Shown here: piece by piece, positions 1 through 12,053 of the stretch
How the letters are laid out: every line of letters starts with the position of its first letter
How positions within the stretch are numbered: position 1 is the stretch's first letter
Program-made: the position numbers and the translations under genes
The notes under the pieces: generated by a model
Told to the model about the DNA's origin: nothing
What the model saw: the letters and a program-made list of their open reading frames with translations, nothing else
The model's database searches: none
NCBI RefSeq assembly: GCF_006345805.1
Contig: NC_043005.1
Span: forward strand, 92,566,001-92,630,000
Direction of reading: 5' to 3'
Length of the DNA: 64,000 nt
Source: Octopus sinensis
Lineage: Eukaryota

Positions 1-574
1 TATACAATATGTTACATTACTCGGTAGTCAAGATAAAACTCTGAGTTTCAGATGCCGAAGTGGAAATCCACAACACCATCTCTTCGGTTATCTGGCTATT
101 TGAAAACGTTATGAAAAAATACCGTTAAAAATGAAGGGAAATTACTCTGTTATAACTCTGCTTTGCCTGCGTACTTATACATCGCTCGCATTTTTCGTCA
201 TAAAAATTATATAAAAATACATAAAAATATATAAAAATATATAAAATCTTCTTGGGACATAACACAGAAAGCATGTTCTATCCGTTTTCTTTAGGGGACC
301 AAAAACGTAACAGAAATTTAGTCACATGTGGGCATGATCCGAAAAGCTCTGTCCTTGTATTTAGACATGTGGTAGGGTCTAAGCTGCTTTTCCAGATAAG
401 CCATCTCTCCATGTCGCATAAACCGCACCTTCCGCTGCCGTTAGTATAGGGCTTACATCTGGCCAAAATCTTCCATTGTATGTTATAATCGACACCTTTA
501 TCTCTTAAAGACCATATATATATATATATACATACATACATACCATATATATATATATATACATACATACATAC

Positions 575-607
<33 letters not shown>

Positions 608-745
608 GTATATACAGGGAAAAACTAGTTTTAGGATTAAATCAAATTTCACAGTATAAATATAAATTAAATTAGAGATAAAACCACTATTAGGCAACTC
701 AAACAGTGATAGACATAAACCAAAACATAAAAAACAATAAATACA
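1..745 (-). mobile_element. Penelope-like element 3' fragment (C-terminal part of the GIY-YIG region plus pseudo-LTR)
   Basis: Minus-strand peptide YNIQWKILARCKPYTNGSGRCGLCDMERWLIWKS...LNTRTELFGSCPH (278-510) is typical of PLE C-termini. A hammerhead-like motif lies downstream, and (TA)n interrupts the element. Confidence 0.75.
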
Positions 746-899
746 TTTTTCTATCTGTTTTTTTACCTTAAAAATTTATATTCAACATAATAAATGGGTT
801 GCATGACATAATCCTAATGTTTTAAGTTTCTAATTTGATAATAGAGTTTTTAATAAGAAAAATTATTATTTTATTTATTTCTTAAAAAATATTGCTTAA

Positions 900-1306
900 C
901 TCTATTTGCTTATTTATTTAACTATTATCATTAACCTGAAGATTGACTATAATTTTAATTCGAATTTTTAATTGAATTTAAACTTAATTGTAATTCGAAT
1001 TGAATTATAGCCATGAAACGTACGTAGTGTTTTTACTTATTATATCATATTAAACTTTTTAATACTTTTTGATTAGTTTAAAAAAAAAGTTAGAAGTTTA
1101 AAAGTTTAAAAATTTATAAATTTAAAATTAAAATATAAAAATTTATAAATATAAATTTAAAAATTCCAAATTTCAATAATTTAAATTTTATATTTTATAT
1201 ATATTTTGTATATTATATTAATTATATTTATCTTTTGTTTTTTATGTTTTGGTTTATGTCTATCACTGTTTGAGTTGCCTAATAGTGGTTTTATCTCTAA
1301 TTTAAT
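900..1306 (+). mobile_element. Inverted Penelope-like terminal segment
   Basis: 1235-1306 is the reverse complement of 666-737. A hammerhead-like core lies at 936-1026. Confidence 0.6.
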
Positions 1307-1867
1307 TATATATATATATATATATTATATATATATATATATATATATTGTATATGTATATATACATATATATATATACATATATATATGTATATATATA
1401 TCTATTGTTTTTTGTAAGTTATTAATTAGCCAATGAGATATATGGATTGTTAATTAGTTATAGCGTTCTTTTAAAATAGTTTGTTTGTTTGTTTACAGTT
1501 AGCTTTTTCATCTTTAATCTTTTAATATATTTATAAGTAATAATGAATAATTAATTTATTAGGTCTTTATTATACGTGCATATATATTTATTGATAGAGA
1601 TAATTTTAGATCTTAATTCTAATATTTATATACACTTATATATATTCATTGATAATTTAGTTATTATTCAAATATTATATAATTATTTGACTTGAAATTA
1701 AATTTAATAATATGAATAGTGATTTTTTTTTGTTAAATATTTAGGTAATTAGTTATTGACTATAGCTGAGATAAGAAGTACACATGTGTTGTTCTAATGT
1801 GACTAGAACTTCTTTAAGGTAAAAAAATAGAAAAATGTATTTATCTATTTATTATTTGTGGGTTTAT

Positions 1868-1908
1868 TATGTTTTTATGTATGTATATATATATATAATA
1901 TATATATA

Positions 1909-1956
<48 letters not shown>

Positions 1957-2041
1957 TATATATACATATATATATGTATATATATATATTATATATATAT
2001 ATAATATATATATATATACATAATATATGTATATATATATG
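1868..2041. repeat. (TA)n microsatellite
   Basis: Directly visible; 5' flank of the CR1-group LINE. Confidence 0.95.
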
Positions 2042-2042
2042 T

Positions 2043-4570
2043 ATGGTACTATCCACAATGCACAAGACCGCCACACCAAATAGAGTCATGGTGGACACCA
2101 CTGGCAACAACACACACATCACCTCGATGCTCCTACTGAACATCAGAGGACTGCTAACACTCAATAACAGGACAAAAATCCCTTTCTTGAGAGACCTTGT
2201 TGCATGCAATCAAGCCTTATGCATAGCACTTACGGAAACACACCTGAAACCGGACATAGCAGATGCGGAAATACACATACCACAGTACGGACCGACAGAA
2301 AAGAAAGAAGTCATGGTGGAGTTGCTATGTATATCCGCGAGGACCTCACACCCCAGGTCCTTTTGTCACTCTCAAATTCGGTGTGTGACACACTAATTGT
2401 ACATATAAGGCAATTTGGTGTAGTTATATGTGCTACATATCGCCCTCCAGATGCTCCAAGCCATGTAGGCAAGTTTGAAGACTGCCTTGCAAAAATAGAA
2501 GAAGTTTTAGTCACATTAGAACAACACATATTATGTGTACTTCTTATGGGAGACTTCAATCTGCCCAATGTCAGATGGCCTGACGGCCTTTCTCTCCCAG
2601 GAATGACACGATGTGAACGAGGACAAGCGAGGTCCCTCCTGAACCTCATCAACACTGTACATGGAACAAATAATACTCCAACCAACCAGGGCATACTGGA
2701 TCTCTGCTTCACAAATAATATGGATCTCATCCATAATGTGAATTTGACACTGACACTACTCTCGGATCACAACATAGTAGAGTTGACCATGTACGGGCCA
2801 AAGGAAAGCATGGACATGCAGTCTACAAGAAACTCTCAGAATCTTTCCAGCTTGAACTTCCATAAAGCAAACTGGAAACAAATTGAGAAAGAGATCCTCA
2901 AACAAAACTGGCCTGAATGTCTCTCCTCACCAGACATCGACATGAAACTTCAACAATTCATGTCTGTAATGCAAGCTATATGCTACAAATAAGCCATATG
3001 CTACAAATGTGTCCCAGAGAGAAAGGCCACTGTACACAAGAACAAAATTCCCAGAGAGAGGAAAATTCTTATGAGACGGCGTACAAAAGTTTCAAATCGC
3101 CTAAACAAACAAATTGAAAGCAGTGAGAAGTCCCGCCTGAAAATAAAACTGTTGGAAATTGAAAAATGTCTGCAACTCTCCCATGAAAAAGAAAGAGCAG
3201 ACAAAGAAGCCTGGGCTATAGACAACATAAAATCTAACCCCAGAGCTTTCTACAAGTTTGCCAAAGAAACAGCTACGGTGCACTGTAGGATAGGGCCACT
3301 CCTTGAAAAGGACGGTACACTCACAGGAAATTCAATAAGGATAAGTGAAATACTAAATGAACAATTCAAGAGTATTTTTACTCCACCCCTAGGGCATTTT
3401 CAAGTCAGCAATCCAACTGACTTCTTTACTACTGCAGATATAAAATCAGAGGCAACGATGATTGATTACATTAATATAAAGGAAGACGATGTAATAAGAG
3501 CTATAGATGAAATGAACAAAAAACTCAGCTACTGGCCCCGATGGATTCCCAGCAATCCTTCTAAAAGTATGTAAGACAGTACTAGCAAGACCACTGCAGT
3601 TCCTCTTTCAGAGCTTCCTTGCAACTGGCAAACTTCCAAGAAAACTGAAGGAAGGTAAAATATGCCCTATTCATAAAGGAGGTAGCAGCAAGGTCGTGGA
3701 ACGAATAGTCAGAAGGAAACTAATCGCCTTCCTTGAAGAAAATAACTTGCTGCCTGACACCCAACATGGTTTCCGACCAGGAAGAAGCTGCCTAACTCAG
3801 CTCCTACAACACTATGACTGGGTGCTGAAACAACTGCTCAACCACTCAAATGTAGAAGTCATATATCTCGACTTTGCAAAGGCCTTTGATAAAGTCGATC
3901 ATGGAATGATATGTCACAAACTGCGTGATCTTGGCATAGTTGGAAAATTGGGAGAATGGCTTCATGACTTTCTGAAAGATAGAAGTCAGGTGGTAGTAGC
4001 CAATGGGGCCACCTCCATTAACACGCAAATAGTGAGCGGTGTTCCGCAAGGCATTGTTTTGGGACCACTACTGTTCATAATGGCCCTCTCAGACGTGCCC
4101 TCAGCCATGCAGAGAGCCACAATCACAAGTTATGCAGATGATACAAAAGTTTCACAGGCAATACAGAACCCTGAAGACACTATGCACTGCAATGTGAGCT
4201 GGACAAAATATACAAGTGGGCTGAAAAGAATAGCATGCAGTTCAATGCTGAAAAGTTTCAAGCTTTCTGCTATCAGCATGCAAAACTAAATGCAATACCC
4301 AATAAATACACTGGACCTGAAGGGATTGCAATCCCAGAGGCACAATCAGTGCGAGACCTGGGTATTTACATGAGTAATGATGCAACCTTTCATGTGCATG
4401 TTGCTAAATTGGCAATGAAATGTAGGCGGCTGACCAGATGGATTCTTAGAACCTTTAGAACAAGAGACCAAGAAACCATGATGGTCCTCTGGAGGACACT
4501 TGTCCTAAGCCACTTTGACTATTGCTCTCAGCTATGGTCACCATCCAGTGTCAAGTTAATCACAGAACTT
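2043..4570 (+). mobile_element. CR1-group non-LTR retrotransposon ORF2 (APE endonuclease + RT), disrupted
   Basis: APE motifs LLNIRG, LTETHL, GGVAMY, MGDFN, ILDLCF, SDHN. RT motifs QHGFRPGRSC, YLDFAKAFDKVDH, SGVPQG, YADD. Split over several ORFs by frameshifts and stops; the 3' end is missing. Confidence 0.92.
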
Positions 4571-4774
4571 GCAATTTCGGCTGATTAATCTTGAAAGATT
4601 AATCAGCTGAAATTGCGAGGATGATCCGGTTCTTCACTGAAGATTGAAGGCTTCGAATGTCCCGTCCGTGCTTTTGGTATCATCTCCTAAATGTTTTACA
4701 TTCTTGTCCCAGTTTGTATTTTTTTACATTTACATATATATATATAAGTGGCGTCTGTACCCTTATTGGTCTTA

Positions 4775-4875
4775 TACGTAAGTATATATATATGTATTTA
4801 CATATATATATATAATATGTATATATACCTATATTTATATATATATATATATATGTGTATATATATATATATATA

Positions 4876-4922
<47 letters not shown>

Positions 4923-5044
4923 ATATATATTATATATATATATATATATATAATAATATATATATATATATGTATGTATATACATATATATATATATGTA
5001 TATAAACATATATATATATATATATGTATATACATATATAATAT

Positions 5045-5092
<48 letters not shown>

Positions 5093-5137
5093 TATATATG
5101 CATATATATGTATATATATGTATGTATATATATATAC

Positions 5138-5208
<71 letters not shown>

Positions 5209-5241
5209 ATATATATATATATTATATATATATTATATATA
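4775..5241. repeat. Long interrupted (TA)n microsatellite
   Basis: Directly visible. Confidence 0.95.
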
Positions 5242-6208
5242 AAACTGAAGAGCAGAAATGTTGTCTATACATGCTTATCAATATAGGATTCATTATAGGG
5301 ACAACTCTTCTGCGAAATGATTGTAAGATGCTTAAATAATTAATTCGAAACTTTTAAACTATCAAATTTATTTTATACATTATATTTATATTTATTATTT
5401 ATATATATTTATAATACAATAAGTTCTTTCATACGGGTATATCTTTATGATGAGTTTAGATATTAATTTCCTTATATTAATAATAATAATATATTATTAA
5501 AAAGTATATGTACATATATTTACATATATGTATATATCAAAGATGCATATATATATATAAAAAAATGTATATGAGTAGGTGATGTGAATTATTCATTATT
5601 GGTGAATAGAAAATACACATCCTTACAGGTGTTATTAACATATATATATATATATATATATATAATAGAAGGGTGAAATTTGTTAATTAAATTAATTAAT
5701 TAATTAATTAACAATTTTACCAAGTAGATTGGTACACTAAAATAACCTTTATAGGTAAAATTATCCACATAATTATAATTTGGGTTCAGCTAACTGCTTC
5801 ACCGCCTACCGAAATTAGAAATAGGAGTTAAAAATTCCTTTTCTACTAGTATAAGAATCTCCATGACAGCAAACATACTTTTTTACTAAGGCAAAGAGAA
5901 AAACAATGAATCAACACAACCATGATTAATTATATACGCGTTTCGAGATTAAAGTAATTTGAATTTTACTTACTTGTCTCTTCAGTATAATATTATACTG
6001 AATTATAGCTGAACCCTTATTATAATTATGTATATACATATATTTTTCGCTCCTTGTTTTTTCTGTGTCCCTTTCTGTAGAAGAGTGAGGGCTCAAAACG
6101 TAAAAGACTTTTTCTATTCCTGAGCTCTATACTAATACATCTGCTTGTTTTGTACACCACCTGTCTTCGTCTTTTGTTTTTTTCGTAAACTTTCCCTATA
6201 TATATATA

Positions 6209-6480
6209 TGCCAGCCTCGTCTGGCACCTGTGTCGGTGGCACATAAAAACACCATCCGAGATTGGCCGTCTGCCAGCCTCGTCTGGCACCTGTGTCGGTG
6301 GCACATAAAATCCCCCACTACACTCTCGGAGTGGTTGGCGTTAGGAAGGGCATCCAGCTGTAGAAACACTGCCAGATCTGACTGGCCTGGTGCAGCCTTC
6401 GAGCTTGCCAGACCCCAGTTGAACCGTCCAACCCATGCTAGCATGGAAAGCGGACGTTAAACGATGATGATGATGATGAT
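6209..6480 (+). mobile_element. RTE-LINE 3' UTR fragment with (GAT)n tail
   Basis: Ends ...catggaaagcggacgttaaacgatgatgatg, the same terminus as the RT-bearing copies at 7371 and 19056. Contains an internal 40-bp tandem duplication. Confidence 0.8.
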
Positions 6481-6566
6481 ATATATATTAGTCATGTCAG
6501 CTTTTCAAATATAAATGATGTGAGATTGCATTACCATGGCAATAATAATAGTAATAATAATAATAA

Positions 6567-7340
6567 CAACAACAACAACAACAACAACAATAATACACAT
6601 GTCGTGTATGTCAACAACAAAATGAAACCATTGATCATGTTGTCTCCAAGTGCAGTCTTCTAGCGCCTACAGAGTATTTCAACAGGCATGATAGAGCTGC
6701 ACAATATATTCACTGGGTAATTTGCAAAAACCTGGATTTGCCCCATGAAAAAAACTGGTGAGAACACAAACCACCTCCAGTGCTTGAAAATGACCACATC
6801 TCACTCCTCTGGAACTTCACCATTCAAACTGACACAAAGATAGATGCAAATAGGCCAGACAAAGAACATGCCTCCTCATTGATATGACTGTCCCAATCGA
6901 TATAAACGTATCTGTCAAGACCTACCAAAAACTGAGCAAATATAAAGATCTTGAAATAGAAATCAGCAAAATGTGGAAGCTGAAGACTAAAACAATACCT
7001 GTTGTCATAGGTGCCCTGGGAATGATAGCAAAAGGGGCTGATTGCTACCTAACTCAGATACCAGGAAACCCAAAAATGGCAGAAATTCAAAAGATAGTGC
7101 TCATGGGAACTGCTCATATCCTATGCAAAACACTTTCTATGTAATCTCAAGGTTTAAAACAAACATAATTTTCGTTTTTTTTTTTTAGACATTCACTAGT
7201 ACAACACTAAAAAAAAATATATATATATGGCACACTAGGCATAACAACAACATGAACTTCCAACCTGTTGTCTCTTGAGGTTTCTGGGTGAGACTTGGAG
7301 CCAACTTGTACAAATATAAAGCAAAAGTCAAACATATAAT
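6567..7340 (+). mobile_element. 5'-truncated R4/Dong-like non-LTR element (CCHC knuckle + restriction-like endonuclease)
   Basis: CRVCQQQNETIDHVVSKC knuckle, RHD motif, ANRPD...DMTVPID...KLSKYKDL REL motif and IPVVIGALG. Ends in a (TAA)n tract with a 26-bp flanking duplication. Confidence 0.85.
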
Positions 7341-7370
7341 AATAATAATAGTAATAATAATAATAATAAT

Positions 7371-8570
7371 CATCATCATCATCGTTTAACGTCCGTTTTC
7401 CATGCTAGCATGGGTTGGACGGTTCAACTGGGGTCTGGGAAGCCAGGAGGCTGCACCAGGCCCAGTCTGATCTGGATGCCCTTCCTAACGCCAACCACTC
7501 CGAGAGTGTAGTGGGTGCTTTTTATGTGCCACCTGCACGGGTGCCAGACGAGGCTGGCAAACGGCCATGATCGGATGGTGCTTTTTACGTGCCACCAGCA
7601 TGGAGGCCAGTTGGGGCGGCGCTGGCAACGGCCACGTTCAGATGGTTCTCTTATGTGCCACCGGCACTGGTATCTCAGCTACAATTTCCATTGATGTTGA
7701 AAGATTTCGATTTCGATTTCAATTTTCACTTGCCTCAACAGGTCTTCACAAATAGGGTTTGTGTCACAAGAAGGAAAGGTATGCATAAGTGGGCTGGCTA
7801 CGTCCCAGGTAGAGGCCATGGGTTATGGTCTCACTTGTCCTGCCGGCTCTTCCCATGCACAGCATACTTCCAAAGGTCTCGGTCTCTGGTCATTTCCTCG
7901 GTGAGACCTAAAGTTCGAAGGTCGTTCTCACCACCTCGTCCTGGGTTTTCCTGGGTCTACCTCTTCCACAGGTTCCCTCAACCGCCAGAGTGTGGCACTT
8001 TTTCACACAACTATCTTCATCCATTCTCGCTACATGACCATACCAGTGCAAACGTCTCTCTTGCACACCACAACTGATGCTTCTTAGGTCCAACTTTTCT
8101 CTCAAGGTACTTACACTCTGCCGAGTATGAACACTGACATTACACATCCATCGGAGCATACTGGCTTCATTTCTTGCATGCTTACGCATATCTTCAGCAG
8201 TCACGGCCCAAGTTTCACTGCCATGTAGCATGGCTGTTCGTACACATGCGTCATACAGTCTGCCTTTTATTCTGAGCAAGAGGCCTTTTGTCACCAGCAG
8301 AGGTAAGAGCTCTCTGAACTTTGCCCAGGCTATCCTTACTCTAGCAGTTACACTTTCAGCACACCCGCCTCCGCTACTGACTTGGTCACCAAGGTAACGG
8401 AAGCTATCAACTACTTCTAGTTTTTCTCACTGGAATGTGGCGGAAGTTGGTCTCTGAGCATTTTCAGTGTTTATTGCTCCTGAGCATCTGCCACATACAA
8501 AAACTATCTTCCCAGTTAGCCTTCCTTTGATATTGCTGCACCTCTTATGTGTCCATAGCTTACACTTGGT
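7371..8570 (-). mobile_element. 5'-truncated RTE-clade LINE (RT C-terminus + 3' UTR)
   Basis: KGRLYDACVRTAMLHGSETW...MLRWMC...RLHWYGHVARM...GRGRPRK motifs and a (CAT)n tail at 7371. Flanked by (AAT)n. Confidence 0.9.
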
Positions 8571-8697
8571 AATAATAATAATAATAATAGCAACAACAAC
8601 AACAACAACAACAACAATAATAATAATACCACAAACAACAACAATGATAAGTTAAAAATAAAACCCCTCCATACTATATGTGTCATCTTTTTATTAC

Positions 8698-8874
8698 TTC
8701 AAAATAGAGTATAATCATAACAATGGTGACTATAGTTAATAGAAAGAGGATGATGAAAGCTATTTTCATAATGAAATGGTATCTTTCTTGTTTCTGCTTT
8801 TTTTTCACAAAAATTCTGTAGCCAGTTATATCAAGAGGAGGCAAGCTGGCAATGAAATCTTGAGGTGAATGTGA
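8698..8874 (-). CDS. Transmembrane exon (177 nt): SHSPQDFIASLPPLDITGYRIFVKKKQKQERYHFIMKIAFIILFLLTIVTIVMIILYFE
   Basis: Strong acceptor tttttttcttttCAG (8875-8877), phase 0. Basic cluster KKKQK precedes a 21-residue hydrophobic run (8701-8763). It ends either at donor GAA|GTAATA or runs on as VIKR to TGA at 8683-8685. Confidence 0.75.
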
Positions 8875-9439
8875 CTGAAAAGAAAAAAAAACAATTCATT
8901 TGAAATGTGTGTGTGTGTGTGTGCTTTATCTTTAATTTTTTACTTGTTTTAGTCATTAGACTTGAAAGAGTTTAATCAAACAAGTCAACTTCAGTACTTT
9001 TTTAATCAAGTATGGAACATATTCTATTGGTCCATTTTGCTGAACTGCTACATTACGGGAACATAAACTAACCAGCATTGGTTGTCAAGCAGTGGTGGAG
9101 GACAAATACACACACACACACACACACATTATGAAATAAAAGTAGCACTAGTAATGTAAACATTACTGATTGCAAATAAGCAAAATGCATACATTGTGTA
9201 TTACTGGTCAATATTTTAGAGATGAGGAATTCTGTACATGCACGCTCACACACACACACACACACACACACATACAATTCTACTTTCTTTTACCTCTCTC
9301 CTTGTTGGCCTTTAATCTGGATGTTGTAAGGGAGTGAGGAAATTGTAATTCATTGACTTGAATAAACTATGTACCAAGTCTCTTCTACCAGGCAAGCATT
9401 TGCACAAATCTTTTCAGGTACCAACAAAAGCCCAACAAC

Positions 9440-9625
9440 AACTGCCTTCCCATTGTCACTCTCAAATACACAATTTTAGGGCTGTGACTGTCAATGTTGG
9501 CACAATGAAAGGGAGGTCTGGTGAGATTATTGAAATGATGCAGCGTCACCATATTGATGTGTGTGGTGTGCAAGAAGTGAGATGGAAGGTGGCTTCTGCT
9601 AGATACCTCATGGGAAAGAAACAAC
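9440..9625 (+). mobile_element. RTE-type APE endonuclease N-terminal fragment
   Basis: TVNVGTMKGRSGEIIEMMQRHHIDVCGVQEVRWK. It lies in the intron between exons 9871 and 8874. Confidence 0.75.
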
Positions 9626-9870
9626 CAACATCAAACTAGCAACTAAATATGGAGTAGTGTGGTAGGTTCAAGACCAAACTGAAGCAAAGTACATTCCAGT
9701 ATTGAGCTTTTGGTTTGTTACCTCTGTTGCTATAGGCCCAATAAAATACAACGCATCAGAGGTCTACACAATAACAGCAACTGGTATGTTAAAATAACCT
9801 TTATAGGTAAAATTATTTTATCATGAACTTGCAAAACTTACAAAACAAAAAGAAAAGAAAAATTTCTCAC

Positions 9871-10032
9871 CAATATATTTGCTTCCATTAAAGTTCTTTT
9901 ATTCCATGTATTTGTTATTGTGGTTATGTTTGAATGTGTAGAATAATCCTTCACTCTGGAATTACCAGTCACAGAATTATCATCTTTCTGCAGATACTTC
10001 TCCATATAAGAAGGAAAATTCAGAACGGATAT
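9871..10032 (-). CDS. Next exon of the same gene (162 nt): ISVLNFPSYMEKYLQKDDNSVTGNSRVKDYSTHSNITTITNTWNKRTLMEANIL
   Basis: Stop-free from acceptor (ttttcaataTAG, 10033-10035) to donor (TTG|GTGAGA). Phase 0/0 fits both neighbouring exons. Not in the ORF track. Confidence 0.7.
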
Positions 10033-10600
10033 CTATATTGAAAACACACAATAGTTAGAATGGAAACACAACAGTCACGTTAATTTATATCTTGAAGTCT
10101 TTGAAAAAGAGTTTTTAAGCCTGAATATCAGATTAATTAAATATCTTTATAGAGTTAATTTTTTGAATTTGATGTTCTATCTGGGTTGACCTTGTCTTCT
10201 AAAGCACACTGGTTTTTTATATATATCTAACAATGCTTCAAGCAAACTACAACTTTCCTCTAAATGTAATTATGCTTTAGGAAGATATCTCGTGCAAATA
10301 TATATCATATGTATGAAATGATGATGAAGGTGATTAATTAAAATATAAATGAAACGAAAGTGTGTGTGTGTGTGTGTATTTATGTATGCATATATGTGTG
10401 TATGTATATACATCCATGTGGGCGTGTGTGTGTGCATATATTTGCGTGTGTGTGTACATATATATATATATATGTGTGTGTTATATAGAGATAGAAGTCC
10501 CCATGCAATTCATTAATTTGACGAATTGCATGGGGACTTCTATCTCTAAATGACATATATTTCCTTATATTCCCTAATAAATAAAATAATCTATATACAT

Positions 10601-10686
<86 letters not shown>

Positions 10687-10699
10687 GTAAAATCTTCAA

Positions 10700-11760
10700 A
10701 TAAAAAATAAATACAAATCATGTAAATACAGCTACCCTGGTTGAAATAATAATTTATTCCATTTATCAAGCTGAAAACAAGTCCGTTTGTCAGTTGTCTT
10801 TTGAGCAGATAACATTTAAACAAAGGATATTTGTAAAGAAGACAAAAAAAAAATACAAGGGAGATAACCAGCGTTACAATAATTTGATGTCAAGCAGATG
10901 TAAGCCAAATGTTAATGGTTCACAAAGTGTCTGATGATCTACTTTTAAATTCCAACAAGATGTATTACTTGAAATGCTTCTTGAAATGTTTCTTTGGAAG
11001 AAAGGCATGTGATCCTACGGCTAATATTTGAAATTAAGCTTTTAAATACAATAGGTGGGTGACAAGAGTGCTTATTAATATATTTAAGATTCTCATTAGG
11101 TTTGTGGAAGGGCTTATATGAATTAGTTTTGAGATGTAAGGAAACATCTAAAAAGTCAGTTTCAGCTAGGTTGGTATTGATAGATATTTTAAATCCTAAA
11201 GAGTTGAAGGTAGTAATTAATTACTTTTTAAAGGAATCCATAGCACGGCCATCTCAACTGTGTGATACTGCTAAAGTGCTGCTGCAGAATATACCAATGT
11301 ATTGACCAAGAAATTTCAAATCAAAATGGTTTAAACCAACTAAATCACATATGTCCATGCAATCATAGGAACCCATTGGGGCATCAAATAGTTTGCTTTG
11401 ATTATCTTTTTTGGTCCAAATAGATCTGTTACTGAATAGTAATGTCTTACATGTGTGCATAATGAACTGTATTTCTTGCTCATCTATGGTTATAAACAAA
11501 TATTCAAACTCTAATGCATTACATAGCAGTGATTCAGATATTGACGGGTAGAAATCCACAATATCTGTGTGAATTTTGCTTTATTTCTATTGTGGATGGA
11601 TTTGAACCAAAATATCACCAAGAAACTGTTAGTCCATATCAACAGTTTTGACAATTGCGTAATATTTTTATTAATGTTTCTTAAAAATGTTTTGCTCGCT
11701 AAGCCTAGTTCAGTCTTAGCTGGGTTAATTAGCCAACATTTTAGTCTATTATGAAAGTCA
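10700..11760 (-). mobile_element. Decayed Penelope-like reverse transcriptase
   Basis: RLINPAKTELG..., DIVDFYPSISE..., LFDAPMGSYD..ICDLVGL are PLE RT motifs. Multiple stops and frameshifts. Confidence 0.75.
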
Positions 11761-11823
11761 GGTTTATGATCCTTCTTGGCCGCAAATTAACAAGTAAAAG
11801 ATAAAATATAAGTATGAAATATA

Positions 11824-12053
11824 GGCGGCGAGCTGGCAGAAATGTTAGCACACCAGGCAAAATGCGTAGCCGTATTTTGTCTGCCGTTACGTTCTGAGTT
11901 CAAATTCCACCGAGGTCGACTTTGCCTTTCATCCTTTCGGGGTCGATAAATTAAGTACCAGTTACACACTGGGGTCGATGTAATCAACTTAATCCATTTG
12001 TCTGTCCTTGTTTGTCCCCTCTGTGTTTAGCCCCTTGTAGGTAGTAAAGAAAT
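11824..12053 (+). mobile_element. Full-length tRNA-derived SINE with 18-bp target-site duplication
   Basis: A-box-like GGCGAGCTGGCAGAA and B-box GAGTTCAAATTCC. Central motif GGTCGACTTTGCCTTTCATCCTTTCGGGGTCGATAAATTAAGTACCAG. TSD atataagtatgaaatata at 11806-11823 and 12054-12071. Many degraded relatives elsewhere (e.g. 23490-23700, 25430-25620, 51430-52570). Confidence 0.9.

Noticed and set aside
1206-5339. ORFs rich in YI/IY (also CV, HT and YLSI ORFs at 18.7-19.1, 26.0-26.4, 28.3-28.8, 30.7-31.0 and 34.9-35.6 kb)
   Set aside because: They are translations of (TA)n, (CA)n and (GATA)n microsatellites, which lack stop codons in some frames.
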